Of a DNA stretch of 64,000 nucleotides, positions 44,777 to 55,218 are shown piece by piece. This stretch comes from a virus. The notes beneath the pieces are model-generated. The model made no database searches and was not told where the DNA came from. It saw nothing but the letters and a program-made list of their open reading frames with translations. A program made the position numbers and the translations under genes. Position 1 is the stretch's first letter; every line of letters starts with the position of its first letter. The stretch spans positions 1 to 64,000 of IMG/VR virus record IMGVR_UViG_3300009104_000012. The stretch is one strand, 5' to 3'.

Positions 44777-45453
44777 CTTTTTCTACTTGCCATTTCTCTT
44801 GCTATCCATCTTTTTGCAATATGACTTTGTATAGGTGCTTTCATTTTCTGTCTCACTATTTTGGATGCTTTACTCATTGTTAAAGTTACCAATTCAGATT
44901 CAGATTTATTATTATCTACAATAATAAAATTTGACATACCAAATAATCTTTGAAATTTACCCATATTACTTTGTACCGTTTCCCAAGATTTTACTAAATA
45001 AAATTCTGGTACTTGTCTGCTTCTAGTTTTGTTTCTTTCTTTTGCCACATCTAAACTTGTATTAACAAATATCATATAACAATCATAACCTAATTGTTTT
45101 AATAAAGATACTTGAAGGTGTATAATACTATAATCTCTACCCGTTGCGTCAACTACCATACCTAATCTACCTTGTACATAGGAATCTATTTGTCTTTTTG
45201 TTAATGCTTTAGCTCTACCTCGAATCATATCTCTAAAATATTGTTCACTATCTGGCATAGATAAAGATAAATTAACTTGTTTTAACATTCTTTCAAAATG
45301 TACATCTGAATTTACTAACTTCATTCCTAAACCAGCAGTAACCGAATTGGTTACAAAAGTTTTACCTGAACCAGGTCCACCTGCCAGAAAAAAAGCTTTA
45401 AATATTCCTGGATCGTAAACACCTTCTGTTAATATCTGACTATAACTTTTCAT
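44773..45453 (-). CDS. P-loop kinase (PNK/zeta-like)
   Basis: FLAGGPGSGKT Walker A, VNSD, VVDATG, ERNKTRSR lid. Confidence 0.8.
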   Translation of the reverse strand: MKSYSQILTEGVYDPGIFKAFFLAGGPGSGKTFVTNSVTAGLGMKLVNSDVHFERMLKQVNLSLSMPDSEQYFRDMIRGRAKALTKRQIDSYVQGRLGMVVDATGRDYSIIHLQVSLLKQLGYDCYMIFVNTSLDVAKERNKTRSRQVPEFYLVKSWETVQSNMGKFQRLFGMSNFIIVDNNKSESELVTLTMSKASKIVRQKMKAPIQSHIAKRWIAREMASRKR

Positions 45454-46683
45454 TTACCATCCTTTAGGCAATGTAAAATTTGCCCTACTAAAATCTAATC
45501 TATCTACCAACTTAACAGCACCTGCAACTCTATCAACTGCAACATATCCTTCAGGAGAGGTTACTCTATAACCATCTTTTGTTCTTATAAAATGTCCAAT
45601 ACTGGATATCTGTGCCAATTTTTGTATCAATGTGTTCTTACAATTTGCTAAACTTATATGACTTGCTATTGCAAAATACAATGATGACTTATTCCTATCT
45701 ATAAATTTTAAACCATCTGCTTTTGCTTTAATATATTGTGATTTACCTTTATCAGTTTTTCTTGAGTCTATTTCTTGTTGCAACATATTTTCATAGTAAT
45801 CTCTAAACATTTCTTGCATTTGTTTTACTTTACCCATATCACCTTTTGTATTTTTAATATAATAATTAAAGAAACTTTTTAATCTAAAACCTACTGATAA
45901 AGGTTTACTTGAATTCTTTTCCATTTCATTTAATATTGCTGTGGCTTTATATAAAGAACCTTCTGCCATTCTTATTTGTGCGTCAAATCTATTTAAATCT
46001 CCTTTACTAAATGTTGAGGTACCAGATGTATCTTTATAAGCAGCGTCAGCTAAAAATATAGAAGATGTACTTGACCTGCCTGATATGGTTCCATAACCAG
46101 CAGATAATCTATTCATACTTTTACCACTATAAGATGTATGAAAAACTATTCCTATTTTTGCTCTTCTTATTCGTCTGCCAAGGTCCGAACCAGCTGGTAC
46201 TGCATATGTAATTGTATTAGGTGTAAAAGTTATCATACTTTCACCATTAATTTTGTCTCCTGATAAATCACCTTTAGTAAATAATAAATCACCTTGTAAG
46301 ATACCTTTGATACCTAACTTTGGTAATTCTCTTAAACATACTTGTAATTTATTAACCAGGGGGCCATTATGGTTTCTACGGATATCTCCTGTAGAATAAT
46401 TGATTTTTGGATTTACATTGAAGACTGATTTGGTACCGACAAAGAATTTGCCGTTTTCTGGATTGATTCCACATATTACAGCAGGCGCACCGTCCCACTT
46501 AACAGACATATTAAGTTTTCCACCTGTATTACCTGCTAGCATATCTCTTACTGCTTTTAAGAAATTTACAGCATTATCACCGCCTTTGGAACCTCTATTG
46601 ATTATGTCATCTTCTAGGTGTTCTAGGTGGGTGTTCGTAGTTTTTGTGAAAAACCCTTTGAAACTAAAAAATTCGTTTAACAT
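45454..46683 (-). CDS. DUF6267-like protein with nucleic-acid ligase motifs
   Basis: NTHLEHLED, VKWDGAP (KxDG), LQGDLLF, PEGYV, VKLVDR. Confidence 0.7.
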   Translation of the reverse strand: MLNEFFSFKGFFTKTTNTHLEHLEDDIINRGSKGGDNAVNFLKAVRDMLAGNTGGKLNMSVKWDGAPAVICGINPENGKFFVGTKSVFNVNPKINYSTGDIRRNHNGPLVNKLQVCLRELPKLGIKGILQGDLLFTKGDLSGDKINGESMITFTPNTITYAVPAGSDLGRRIRRAKIGIVFHTSYSGKSMNRLSAGYGTISGRSSTSSIFLADAAYKDTSGTSTFSKGDLNRFDAQIRMAEGSLYKATAILNEMEKNSSKPLSVGFRLKSFFNYYIKNTKGDMGKVKQMQEMFRDYYENMLQQEIDSRKTDKGKSQYIKAKADGLKFIDRNKSSLYFAIASHISLANCKNTLIQKLAQISSIGHFIRTKDGYRVTSPEGYVAVDRVAGAVKLVDRLDFSRANFTLPKGW

Positions 46684-46741
46684 TTTTCCTCATTTTATCC
46701 ATTAATATAATATCACTTATTCCATTAACCACTCATACTAC

Positions 46742-46749
46742 TATTTATA
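46742..46749 (-). promoter_or_regulatory. T4 late promoter
   Basis: TATAAATA upstream of the 46683-35142 late block. Confidence 0.75.
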
Positions 46750-47895
46750 CTAAAATATTTTTATAAAAGGGCCATTCAAATTACTAAATTCTTTTTTTGC
46801 TCCATAGTATAAAGTTTCCAACCATTCTTCAAATTTTCTTTTTCGGTCTATTTTCATATATAAATCAATAGTTCTTAAAGCGTGTAGTTTTGAGTATATT
46901 CTACCTAGTGTATTTCTATCTTTTTCAAAGTTTCTTAAACCTCTTTTTAAGTTTTGTTCAAAACTAGATTTTGCTGTGCCATATGTTAAAGGAGCGTCCC
47001 AATTAACTTTTTGTCCTGCAATAGTTTTATTTTTTATTCTATCATAAAAATTTGCCCAAAAATCTATTTGTTGATTAGTAAATTTACCTGATATTGTTAT
47101 CATATTATCTTTTACTACCGAAGGAGGCATTTCAAGATTTAATTTAGATAGAAAAGGTCTTAAAGCTGCTACGGAAGATTTACCTAATTTTGCACCACCA
47201 CTTTTTGGTGTTATGTCAGTTTGAGGACCAGTTGTTGGTTGAGAGTATCTAAAACTTCTAACTTGTAAAGCATATTCTTTATCGCCTGCAAAAAATCTTA
47301 ATGAAAATTCTCCTGTATCAAATAGAGGTGGTTTCTCCATATCTAAATCACAATACAAACTATTTGCTTTTAATTTAAATTTTAATTCTTTTTTATTACC
47401 TAAATTTGCCTCTTCTACTCTTGCTACTTTATCAGTTTTATTTAAACCTTTTAGTGAAATAGGTATCATTGATTTATTAAGTAATCTTTTTTGCATAAGT
47501 TTATTTAATTTTTCCAACTTTGCGTCATTATCTTCACCACCAGATAACATTTTTTTAATTTCTTTTTCTACTTTTAACTCTTCACCTTTTTTAACCATCA
47601 CAATATCCATAGGATTCCATTTATCTTTAGTAGAAACTCCCATATCCCTAGCCGCTTTTTCTAAAAAAGGCATAATACCATTATCTCTACTATAAAGATA
47701 ACCTTTGTGATTACCCAAATATTGTTTTAATGCTTTTGCTTGTAATTGAAAATAGTAATACCATAACGCTGGCATATTTGGATATGCTTTTTTCTCCACG
47801 AATGCTATCGTTGGTTCTTTACCTTTTTCTATTAATTGCTCGAAGAAAACTCTTGAACCGTTTTCTTGCATTTTTGTATCTTTTGCTGAAGCCAT
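46750..47895 (-). CDS. hypothetical protein, possible PD-(D/E)xK nuclease
   Basis: QE...DKWNPMDI...IPISLK arrangement; C-terminal GPFIKIF. Confidence 0.6.
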   Translation of the reverse strand: MASAKDTKMQENGSRVFFEQLIEKGKEPTIAFVEKKAYPNMPALWYYYFQLQAKALKQYLGNHKGYLYSRDNGIMPFLEKAARDMGVSTKDKWNPMDIVMVKKGEELKVEKEIKKMLSGGEDNDAKLEKLNKLMQKRLLNKSMIPISLKGLNKTDKVARVEEANLGNKKELKFKLKANSLYCDLDMEKPPLFDTGEFSLRFFAGDKEYALQVRSFRYSQPTTGPQTDITPKSGGAKLGKSSVAALRPFLSKLNLEMPPSVVKDNMITISGKFTNQQIDFWANFYDRIKNKTIAGQKVNWDAPLTYGTAKSSFEQNLKRGLRNFEKDRNTLGRIYSKLHALRTIDLYMKIDRKRKFEEWLETLYYGAKKEFSNLNGPFIKIF

Positions 47896-47900
47896 ACTAC

Positions 47901-47931
47901 TATTTATATACTAGTAGTTATCGTTAGTCAA
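47901..47931 (-). promoter_or_regulatory. overlapping late (TATAAATA) and sigma70-like promoter
   Basis: TATAAATA at 47901-47908; TTGACT-N17-TATAAA. Confidence 0.6.
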
Positions 47932-47935
47932 GCCA

Positions 47936-48211
47936 TTATCTTACGGTATTAATACAAAGGAATTTTGGTATGCCACCATTAACTTGCCAGACCTTATTCT
48001 TATTCTGGAATTTGACTAATGCTGAAGCATCCTTTTCAAAGAAATATACGGCGACTACCTGTTTGGTAGGGTATTCAATAACTTTCCATAAAATATCTTT
48101 ATTCTTTTTAAACATACGCTTACGGTAAGTTAATGGTGTATTTCCATTTCTATTACCTGGTCGTCTGTCGCCTCTATGGAACCTTGTTTTATTTTTATAT
48201 CTTTTTCTCAT
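47936..48211 (-). CDS. basic hypothetical protein
   Basis: 91 aa, coupled to gp41. Confidence 0.65.
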   Translation of the reverse strand: MRKRYKNKTRFHRGDRRPGNRNGNTPLTYRKRMFKKNKDILWKVIEYPTKQVVAVYFFEKDASALVKFQNKNKVWQVNGGIPKFLCINTVR

Positions 48212-49587
48212 ACTTTAAATTCAGAAAACTTATCGTACATATCTTCTGGCTTTTCTTTCTCTTCATCCGTTTGGTTAGCGTCCACTATATTCTGAGCTTT
48301 GTTTTCAACATCATACAATCTCATTTTAGACCTATCTACACCAACAATAAATGCCCTATTAATACTCGGGTCATTATATCTATTCTTTAATTGTTTTATT
48401 TTCATTTGAGATAGAGCTTCTAACTCTTCATTTGAAATAAGAGCAAACATAAAGTCTGCTGTTGCTGGTAATCCAAAACTTTCGGATGTATCTTCTAAAC
48501 CAATATCAGTTGACACAAAACCTGCTCTATTGGTTTGTGTTGCACTAAATATCGGCATATTAAATTCTACTGCAAGACCTCTTAACTCTTCAGCAATGGA
48601 TTTAACCATTGTATAAGTGTTTATATTTGCACCTCTAAATCTTGCTGATGTACATATGTTTAAATAATCTATAAACAATACATCTGGTTTAAAACTTTTC
48701 TTTAATGCTAATTCATTTAACAATGCCCTAAAATGTCCTGCGTGTGCAGCTGCTGTAGGGTATTCTTTAATGATTAATTTACCTGCTGTCTTCTCATTTA
48801 ATTTTTTAACTTTATCATCATACAATTGTTTTGGCATAACGTGTAAATCTTCCATAGAAACATCTAATAAGTTAGCGTCTATTCTTTCAGCAATTCTTTC
48901 TTCTGCCATTTCTAAAGTAATGTATAATATATTCTTACCTTGTAATAGATAAGATGAAGCTGTATGACACATATATAAAGACTTACCAACACCTGTACCT
49001 GCTAGACAAATATTTAAAGTCTTTGGTGGTACACCACCTTTGGTAATCTTATTCATATATTCTAAATCAAAATTAAATCTCTTTTCTTTTGTATGGTAGA
49101 AATCAAATCTTGATTGAGAGTCTTCTATATAATCGTGACCAATATGAGTATCAAAAGATACTGCTAATGCGTCTGATAAAATGGAAGGTATAGCTTCGGG
49201 TGTTCTTTTAGGGTCTTTCTTATCTAATATTCTGATACCACTTAATACTGCATTGTGAACAGCACGGTCTTTACAAAACTTTTCAGTTGTATCTAACAAC
49301 CATTCTTGGTCAACATCTTCTTTATTTAAAGTATTAACTAATTCTTTAACAGCTTTATAATCATCTTCTCTTACATCTTTTCTGTTATTAAATTCTATGA
49401 TAATTGTTTCTTTGGTAGGAACATTTTTATATTTTAAAACAAACTTCTCTATTTCTCTAAATAAAATCTTCTCAATGTTGTTTGTAAAATACTCTTCTTT
49501 GATAAAAGGTAATGCCTTACGGACATATGGTTCATTGAAAAACAAATTTCTTAATATGGTTATTTCAATTCGCTCATTCATATACAA
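48208..49587 (-). CDS. 41: replicative DNA helicase gp41
   Basis: LAGTGVGKS, TLEMAEE, IDYLNIC, SESFGLPATAD, QLKNRY. Confidence 0.96.
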   Translation of the reverse strand: MYMNERIEITILRNLFFNEPYVRKALPFIKEEYFTNNIEKILFREIEKFVLKYKNVPTKETIIIEFNNRKDVREDDYKAVKELVNTLNKEDVDQEWLLDTTEKFCKDRAVHNAVLSGIRILDKKDPKRTPEAIPSILSDALAVSFDTHIGHDYIEDSQSRFDFYHTKEKRFNFDLEYMNKITKGGVPPKTLNICLAGTGVGKSLYMCHTASSYLLQGKNILYITLEMAEERIAERIDANLLDVSMEDLHVMPKQLYDDKVKKLNEKTAGKLIIKEYPTAAAHAGHFRALLNELALKKSFKPDVLFIDYLNICTSARFRGANINTYTMVKSIAEELRGLAVEFNMPIFSATQTNRAGFVSTDIGLEDTSESFGLPATADFMFALISNEELEALSQMKIKQLKNRYNDPSINRAFIVGVDRSKMRLYDVENKAQNIVDANQTDEEKEKPEDMYDKFSEFKV

Positions 49588-49897
49588 CCGTTCCCTCTTT
49601 CATTTGTTTATCCATAATTTCTACTAATACGTCTCCAATATAATCTATAAACTCTTGATTGTCAAGCAAATCAAAGTCATTTGGATTCCTCATAATAGTG
49701 TAATCAAATTTTAAAGGCATTTCACCTTTCTTATTTTCTTTACCTGCAAAACCGACCTTGCCATATTTGTATATAACATCTTTAAACTTTTCGCAAGTGA
49801 GCTTAATACAGGTATGGTCCTCTTTATCGTTTTGTGCGTAAACGTATTCGAGTTTATTCGGTACCGTAGGAGAATTTCTTTTTGGTATGTTCATCAA
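49574..49897 (-). CDS. 40: head vertex assembly chaperone gp40-like
   Basis: Position between uvsX and 41; YKYGKV...FDY...YIGDVL. Confidence 0.7.
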   Translation of the reverse strand: MMNIPKRNSPTVPNKLEYVYAQNDKEDHTCIKLTCEKFKDVIYKYGKVGFAGKENKKGEMPLKFDYTIMRNPNDFDLLDNQEFIDYIGDVLVEIMDKQMKEGTVVYE

Positions 49898-50873
49898 TCT
49901 TTTTCAATACTTCCTTTGTAAAATATTTTTCAGGATCATTATAGATTTGTTTACCAAATACTTTTGAACCATCTGGCATTTCATATCTTGTTGATACCTT
50001 TTTAAATAAATCTATTTCTTCTGCTAATTCTAATAAACCATAATATTTGTCTAACCCTTTATCATAGGTTAACATAACATCTATCATAGCATTCTCTTTT
50101 GTTATTCTTGATTTATAATTTTTACAATGTATAATATTACCAACTACTTCTGTTCCATCTTTTACTTTTTTCTTGGAAAGGTAGATGATTGATGAAGCAG
50201 CGTATTTCAGACCTGAACCGCCACCCATTTCTTTTTGTGGGAACATTGAGCCAATCACATCATAAGTGTGGTTGGTCATTATCATAGGCACATTTGCTTT
50301 GCCTAATTTAAGTGTTAAAACTCTAAATGTAGATTTGACTATTTGACTTCTAGTCATATCTCTTGTCTCTTTACCTTCTGCTGTGTCGGTCATTTCTTTA
50401 GTTGTAGATAACATACCTAAACTATCTAACACGAACATTAAAGGTTTTCTTTTTGATTCGTCTTGTTCTAAATATTTGTCAACTATTTTGATTGCTTGTG
50501 CTCTGAATTCTTGTACGGTTGCAACTGGAACAACTACAACTCTTTTACTATCTAAACCTCTCTTCTCAATTAACTCTCTTGATACGGCATTTTCTGATTC
50601 GAAATACACCACACCAGCTTCTTTATTAGTATCTAAAAAATTCTTACATATACCTAACGCAAAGAAAGTTTTACCTGTCATAGCTTCTCCTGCGATAGCA
50701 GTTATTCTATTACCTGGTAAACCTCCATAAACACTAGCGGATAGTAAAGCATTGAAAGCGTAGGAACCTGTGTCAATAAAAGTTGAAACATCAGCAGCGG
50801 TTACTCCTTCACTTGCTAATGTAGCATATTCATTTCCAGTTTCTTTGATTATATCTTTTAAAAAATCACTCAT
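49854..50873 (-). CDS. uvsX: UvsX recombinase
   Basis: [31 protein letters not shown]. Confidence 0.95.
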   Translation of the reverse strand: MSDFLKDIIKETGNEYATLASEGVTAADVSTFIDTGSYAFNALLSASVYGGLPGNRITAIAGEAMTGKTFFALGICKNFLDTNKEAGVVYFESENAVSRELIEKRGLDSKRVVVVPVATVQEFRAQAIKIVDKYLEQDESKRKPLMFVLDSLGMLSTTKEMTDTAEGKETRDMTRSQIVKSTFRVLTLKLGKANVPMIMTNHTYDVIGSMFPQKEMGGGSGLKYAASSIIYLSKKKVKDGTEVVGNIIHCKNYKSRITKENAMIDVMLTYDKGLDKYYGLLELAEEIDLFKKVSTRYEMPDGSKVFGKQIYNDPEKYFTKEVLKKIDEHTKKKFSYGTE

Positions 50874-50893
50874 TTTTATATTATTATCTCCTC

Positions 50894-50922
50894 ATTATAT
50901 ACCAATTATTTATTATTGTCAA
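50894..50922 (-). promoter_or_regulatory. sigma70-type promoter for uvsX-40-41
   Basis: TTGACA-N17-TATAAT. Confidence 0.8.
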
Positions 50923-51260
50923 GCTTTATCGTGTAACCATTTAGCCTTGACTACTACAGGTTTTCCTTTTTTCATATGTTCAATTTGTTTAGGGCCTGGT
51001 TCTTTTTCCCACTCGAATCTATATGTTGTGTCTTCTGGTACCCAACCTACTTGTGGCTCTTCATAAGCCTCTTCAGGTAATTTAACCCATAACGAATCAA
51101 ATAACTCTTCAGCACTCATCATACCAAATTGATTATATATCTTACCTGTCATTTCTTCTGTTAGATGACGTAACCTTTCTTTATTGTATTCCTTCTTTCG
51201 TTGGAAATCCCAATATGGTCCTAGGTCTTCATAACTTTTCTTTGTAATTGTCATTATCAT
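50919..51260 (-). CDS. hypothetical protein
   Basis: 113 aa, in operon context. Confidence 0.7.
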   Translation of the reverse strand: MIMTITKKSYEDLGPYWDFQRKKEYNKERLRHLTEEMTGKIYNQFGMMSAEELFDSLWVKLPEEAYEEPQVGWVPEDTTYRFEWEKEPGPKQIEHMKKGKPVVVKAKWLHDKA

Positions 51261-51261
51261 A

Positions 51262-52656
51262 TTATTTATTATAGATGTAATGTTCCTTCTTGTCTATCAT
51301 TGTTGTATAATAATGTGGTAAACTTCTTATTAAGTTTCTATACTTCCTAAAACCTATAGATTTACCCCAACCCATATAGTCCCTTATTTGACTTATAGTT
51401 ACCTGTTTATTATCTTTTATAAACTTTAATAACTTTTCTCTACTTCTTGACTCACCCATAATATCTTTTTTAATTACAGATAATCCTTCATCTATCATAT
51501 TCTCAAAACCTTTTACTCTATTCTTCCAACTATGGACTTTTCTACAATGTTTAAGTGCTAGTTTTGCCTGTTCATTTCTCCATTTAGTTGAAGTTATTAA
51601 ATGTTCAAAATGTTCTACTGCTTCATCTACGGTATTAAAACCAGTTTCTAAATCTCCAAACAATTCTTTTGTCTCACTACCAATCTGGTAAACATATGGT
51701 ACACCTTGACCTAATCCGTCCTGTGAAGACATTGCCCAACGGTTACCACCGTGGAAACCTGCAACACATTTATGTAATTCATCCAAATATTCTTGTCTAT
51801 CAGCTGGGCCACCAAATTTAATAAAAGATAAATCATCAAAGTATTTTTTTAATTTTGTTTTAGAAGTTGTAGCGTCTGCCATTGTTAACCATAACCTAAA
51901 ATCTGTTCTTTTAGACCTTAACTTTTTAATAATTTGTAAAAACTTTTCCCAACCTCTATAGTTATGCGTTCTATGATTGAACACTATATAAGGTCCTGAT
52001 ATTTCTTCTACATCTTTTCTAATTTTATCATCTTCAAATCCTAGATAAACTGGTCTCATTATACCTCTTAACTTATCAATTGTTTGTTTACTATAATGTT
52101 GTTCTGCTTCTGCAAGTGTATCATCTATTTGTGTTTGTGTATTAAAACCACACGCCTTCATTAATAACATACCACTAATATTGTTATGATAAAAACTTAC
52201 CAACATATTAGGATTGTTTTCTTTGTTCTCTATCCAATGTGAATAACCAATTACAGGAGAGTCCTGACTATATAAGTTTATCATATTATTCATTACATTG
52301 GTTGTTTGTTCTGGTAAATGTGAAAACACCAAATCTATTTCCATAATTCTATTGTCTAATATAGTTTTCCAAAAATAGAAATCATAATGAGACCTCATAG
52401 AATTTGGAAATGTAGGTGTATTAAAAATGTATTGTTTAACATTTGGAAAATCAAACTCTTTACAATGTGATGGCATTGGCATATGAAAGAATAAATCTTT
52501 TCTCTTCTTGTTTAATTCTTTAATGACATTGGACATTACTAGAACATAACTATCTTTTGATAGTTCTCTTTGTTTAGTAATATTAGGTACAACTAATATT
52601 TGGTAAATATTTTCTTTGCCTAATGGTTGTTTGTTAAAGAATTTATCTAATGTCAT
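51262..52656 (-). CDS. GT-B glycosyltransferase, putative DNA-modifying
   Basis: IVFNHR...YRGW, WAMSSQDGL..GVP; lies at the position T4 uses for beta-glucosyltransferase. Confidence 0.65.
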   Translation of the reverse strand: MTLDKFFNKQPLGKENIYQILVVPNITKQRELSKDSYVLVMSNVIKELNKKRKDLFFHMPMPSHCKEFDFPNVKQYIFNTPTFPNSMRSHYDFYFWKTILDNRIMEIDLVFSHLPEQTTNVMNNMINLYSQDSPVIGYSHWIENKENNPNMLVSFYHNNISGMLLMKACGFNTQTQIDDTLAEAEQHYSKQTIDKLRGIMRPVYLGFEDDKIRKDVEEISGPYIVFNHRTHNYRGWEKFLQIIKKLRSKRTDFRLWLTMADATTSKTKLKKYFDDLSFIKFGGPADRQEYLDELHKCVAGFHGGNRWAMSSQDGLGQGVPYVYQIGSETKELFGDLETGFNTVDEAVEHFEHLITSTKWRNEQAKLALKHCRKVHSWKNRVKGFENMIDEGLSVIKKDIMGESRSREKLLKFIKDNKQVTISQIRDYMGWGKSIGFRKYRNLIRSLPHYYTTMIDKKEHYIYNK

Positions 52657-53485
52657 TAGCTAATCTCCTTGCACCATAAGTTATCATAAAATCTGCACCA
52701 GCTCTTTTAAATACTTCGTATGTTTCTCTTAAACTACCAGGCGCACCAATACCTAACCACTCACCCGATACTTGATAAGCACCACAAGGTTTGCCTGTTG
52801 CTTTCTTTATGCCATAAATTAAATCTATACTTGTCATACCTGGTTTCACCATTAATTCATCTGCACCATCTTGAGCATATTTTATAGACCTTTTAATTGC
52901 ACCTGCTTTATCTGATACATCTAATTGATATGGTCTTTCAATCCCTTTCGGTATCGCCATAGTCTCACGCCAACCTCTATAAAAAGTAGAACGGAATTTT
53001 GTACTATAACTCATCACAGGTATATTACCATCTTTTATTGATTTAATATTCTTAACCGTATTATCTTGACAATCACTTGGTGCTATTGTAGCACCTGAAG
53101 CTGTGTAAATATCTTTTGCTTGTTGTAATAATAATTTATCTGTACGCTCTTGGTCTCCTATAATGCAACAATGTCCGTCCTGTGTATAAGAACATAAACA
53201 AATATCTACATTTAATTTAATAGGTAAAGTTGAAAGACTAGCTGCTACTACACATACTTGGTCAAATTTATGGTCATCAATTCCTTCTCCAGGTCTCCAA
53301 CTATCTGATTTTTCTCCTAGTTTAAATTCTGGAACATAGAATAATAAAAACTCTTTAACACCTAGGTCTATATCTTTCTTAACTCTTTCGTTAATTTCTT
53401 TCCAAGCATTAAAAATTTTATTATCTTCACCTAATCCAGTATCTTTTGTTCTAGGTCCAGCAAATATTGGTTGTATTAATCTCAT
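52643..53485 (-). CDS. hemB: porphobilinogen synthase (ALA dehydratase), Zn-type, compact
   Basis: DICLCSYTQDGHC, APSD, MSYSTKF and MVKPG catalytic Lys, AYQVSGE, RAGAD..ITY. Confidence 0.88.
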   Translation of the reverse strand: MRLIQPIFAGPRTKDTGLGEDNKIFNAWKEINERVKKDIDLGVKEFLLFYVPEFKLGEKSDSWRPGEGIDDHKFDQVCVVAASLSTLPIKLNVDICLCSYTQDGHCCIIGDQERTDKLLLQQAKDIYTASGATIAPSDCQDNTVKNIKSIKDGNIPVMSYSTKFRSTFYRGWRETMAIPKGIERPYQLDVSDKAGAIKRSIKYAQDGADELMVKPGMTSIDLIYGIKKATGKPCGAYQVSGEWLGIGAPGSLRETYEVFKRAGADFMITYGARRLANDIR

Positions 53486-54591
53486 CTTATTATATCAATC
53501 TTGTCCATAGTCTGATTGTTCCATACTTCGTTTTCAGTTCTTAATTTATTATCTGTTTTTAATTTGTCATATCTTTTTGTTGCTTTATTCTTCCACCATT
53601 TTACAATATTTTCTAATTCAAATTTATCATAGTTTTCACCTTTAATTAACTTATCGGTCTTACCTAATAATATATCTTTGACATTTGAGAAACCATAATC
53701 TGACATATAAAATCTTTTTTGTGTTGTAATACCTTCTGCCTTTGCCATAGATTTAACAAAGGTATCATAATCACCACTACCTTTTAATGCTCTCTTAACC
53801 ATACCAATCATTGCTGTGGTAATTTTTAACTTTCTACTAGAGGCACCTTTATGTACAATATCATCACCTATAATATCTTCAATATAACTTTTTAAATTAA
53901 AATAAGTTTCTTCACCTAAAGTTGGTACAAATTTTGACATTGTATCTCCTTTATATCTTAAATATGGTTTCAGTCCATCATACATAGATGTACCTTTTAT
54001 ATTACCATATAAACTTGTAGTTTCAAACAAACAAAATTCTGTATCATATTTCTTATTTAGCATTTCTCTTACTTTATGAGAACAACAAATCAATGCCAAT
54101 AGTTTACCACCAAGATAATTAAAACCAAATGGTTGTACTGGTACTATATTGAAACCCATTATGGCCCTTTTATTAAAGATAGGTAAATCTGGAGTACCAC
54201 CCAAATAATTATTTCTTGGTTTAGAATTGATAATAGGCGAACCTAATTTAATAAATCCTATAATAGTATTTGAAGTATTATCTTTAACAACTAATTTTAA
54301 TTCTTTACCTGGCGCCTGGTCTGGAGAGAAACTAGCAATCATTTCCAACATTGTATTAAAAGTGGAGTGTTGCATTTCAACCACTTGTATATCCATATCT
54401 TCAGGTTTAATATTATAATCATTAAACATATCATCTTCCAATCCAAAACCTGGTAGTGATGGTGGAATATTCTTAACTCTTTCAATCTTTCTCAATCTAA
54501 AATAGTCATCTATACGATTCAAACTATCAAAATAATCTCTAAAGATTTTAGAGCAATGTAATGCTTGTTCAACGTTTAGGGTCTTCATCAT
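53482..54591 (-). CDS. DUF4338 / Mom-like GNAT-fold protein
   Basis: PGKELK...GFIKLGSP, IVPVQPFGFNYLGGKLLAL, ETTSLYG. Confidence 0.7.
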   Translation of the reverse strand: MMKTLNVEQALHCSKIFRDYFDSLNRIDDYFRLRKIERVKNIPPSLPGFGLEDDMFNDYNIKPEDMDIQVVEMQHSTFNTMLEMIASFSPDQAPGKELKLVVKDNTSNTIIGFIKLGSPIINSKPRNNYLGGTPDLPIFNKRAIMGFNIVPVQPFGFNYLGGKLLALICCSHKVREMLNKKYDTEFCLFETTSLYGNIKGTSMYDGLKPYLRYKGDTMSKFVPTLGEETYFNLKSYIEDIIGDDIVHKGASSRKLKITTAMIGMVKRALKGSGDYDTFVKSMAKAEGITTQKRFYMSDYGFSNVKDILLGKTDKLIKGENYDKFELENIVKWWKNKATKRYDKLKTDNKLRTENEVWNNQTMDKIDIIR

Positions 54592-54675
54592 TCCACTTCT
54601 TTAATAACCATATCGGTAATATATAAACTAATACCATAAATAATATAAAAATTAATCCTACTCCTATCATTTCCA

Positions 54676-55218
54676 TCATAATTCATTCCCCCAATTATCC
54701 CAACCATCTACTTGTTGTCGGGCAAATAGTTCTATTCTTGGCAGATCACCTGCCAACTCTATAATTCTTGACCTAACCTCATCTGGTTTTCTACTATGTT
54801 CTCTTCGTTCAGCAACCACTAATCTATCTACATTGGTACCAACTCTATGTGGTTTTCCTTTTGTTGCCAAGATACATATTTCAGGATTGGCTCTTGTCCA
54901 TAATCCTGTACCTTTAAAATAATAATTCTTAATTCTATTCTTGTTAGTTTTTATCCAATAAAATCCTACCGTCTTATATTTAAAACCCCATTTCTCAACA
55001 ATTGGTATTTGTTTATGTAATAATGGGTCTGTACACCACATAAACAATATACAATCTTTATCTGCAATATCTCCAACTGGTAAATCTTCAATCTCTTTCA
55101 TTGTCATTGTTGGATAATGGTGTATAGGATTTGTTTGTGCCTTATCATTATTCCAATTCTGAAAATGCCAAGGAGGATCGGCATAAATTATATTATATTT
55201 TTTCTTACTTAATTCCAA
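54676..55218 (-). CDS. MT-A70 family N6-adenine DNA methyltransferase
   Basis: IYADPPW, HYPTM, LFMW, WGFKYKT, HSRKP, IELFAR, WGNE. Confidence 0.92.
   Translation of the reverse strand: MELSKKKYNIIYADPPWHFQNWNNDKAQTNPIHHYPTMTMKEIEDLPVGDIADKDCILFMWCTDPLLHKQIPIVEKWGFKYKTVGFYWIKTNKNRIKNYYFKGTGLWTRANPEICILATKGKPHRVGTNVDRLVVAERREHSRKPDEVRSRIIELAGDLPRIELFARQQVDGWDNWGNEL

Noticed and set aside
44773-45453. Zeta toxin of a toxin-antitoxin pair
   Set aside because: Only the generic P-loop kinase fold is supported; there is no epsilon-like partner and the gene sits in a late phage operon.
53482-54591. Druantia defence system (DUF4338/DruA-like)
   Set aside because: No DruE helicase or other Dru genes; the location beside the polymerase and methylase fits DNA modification better.
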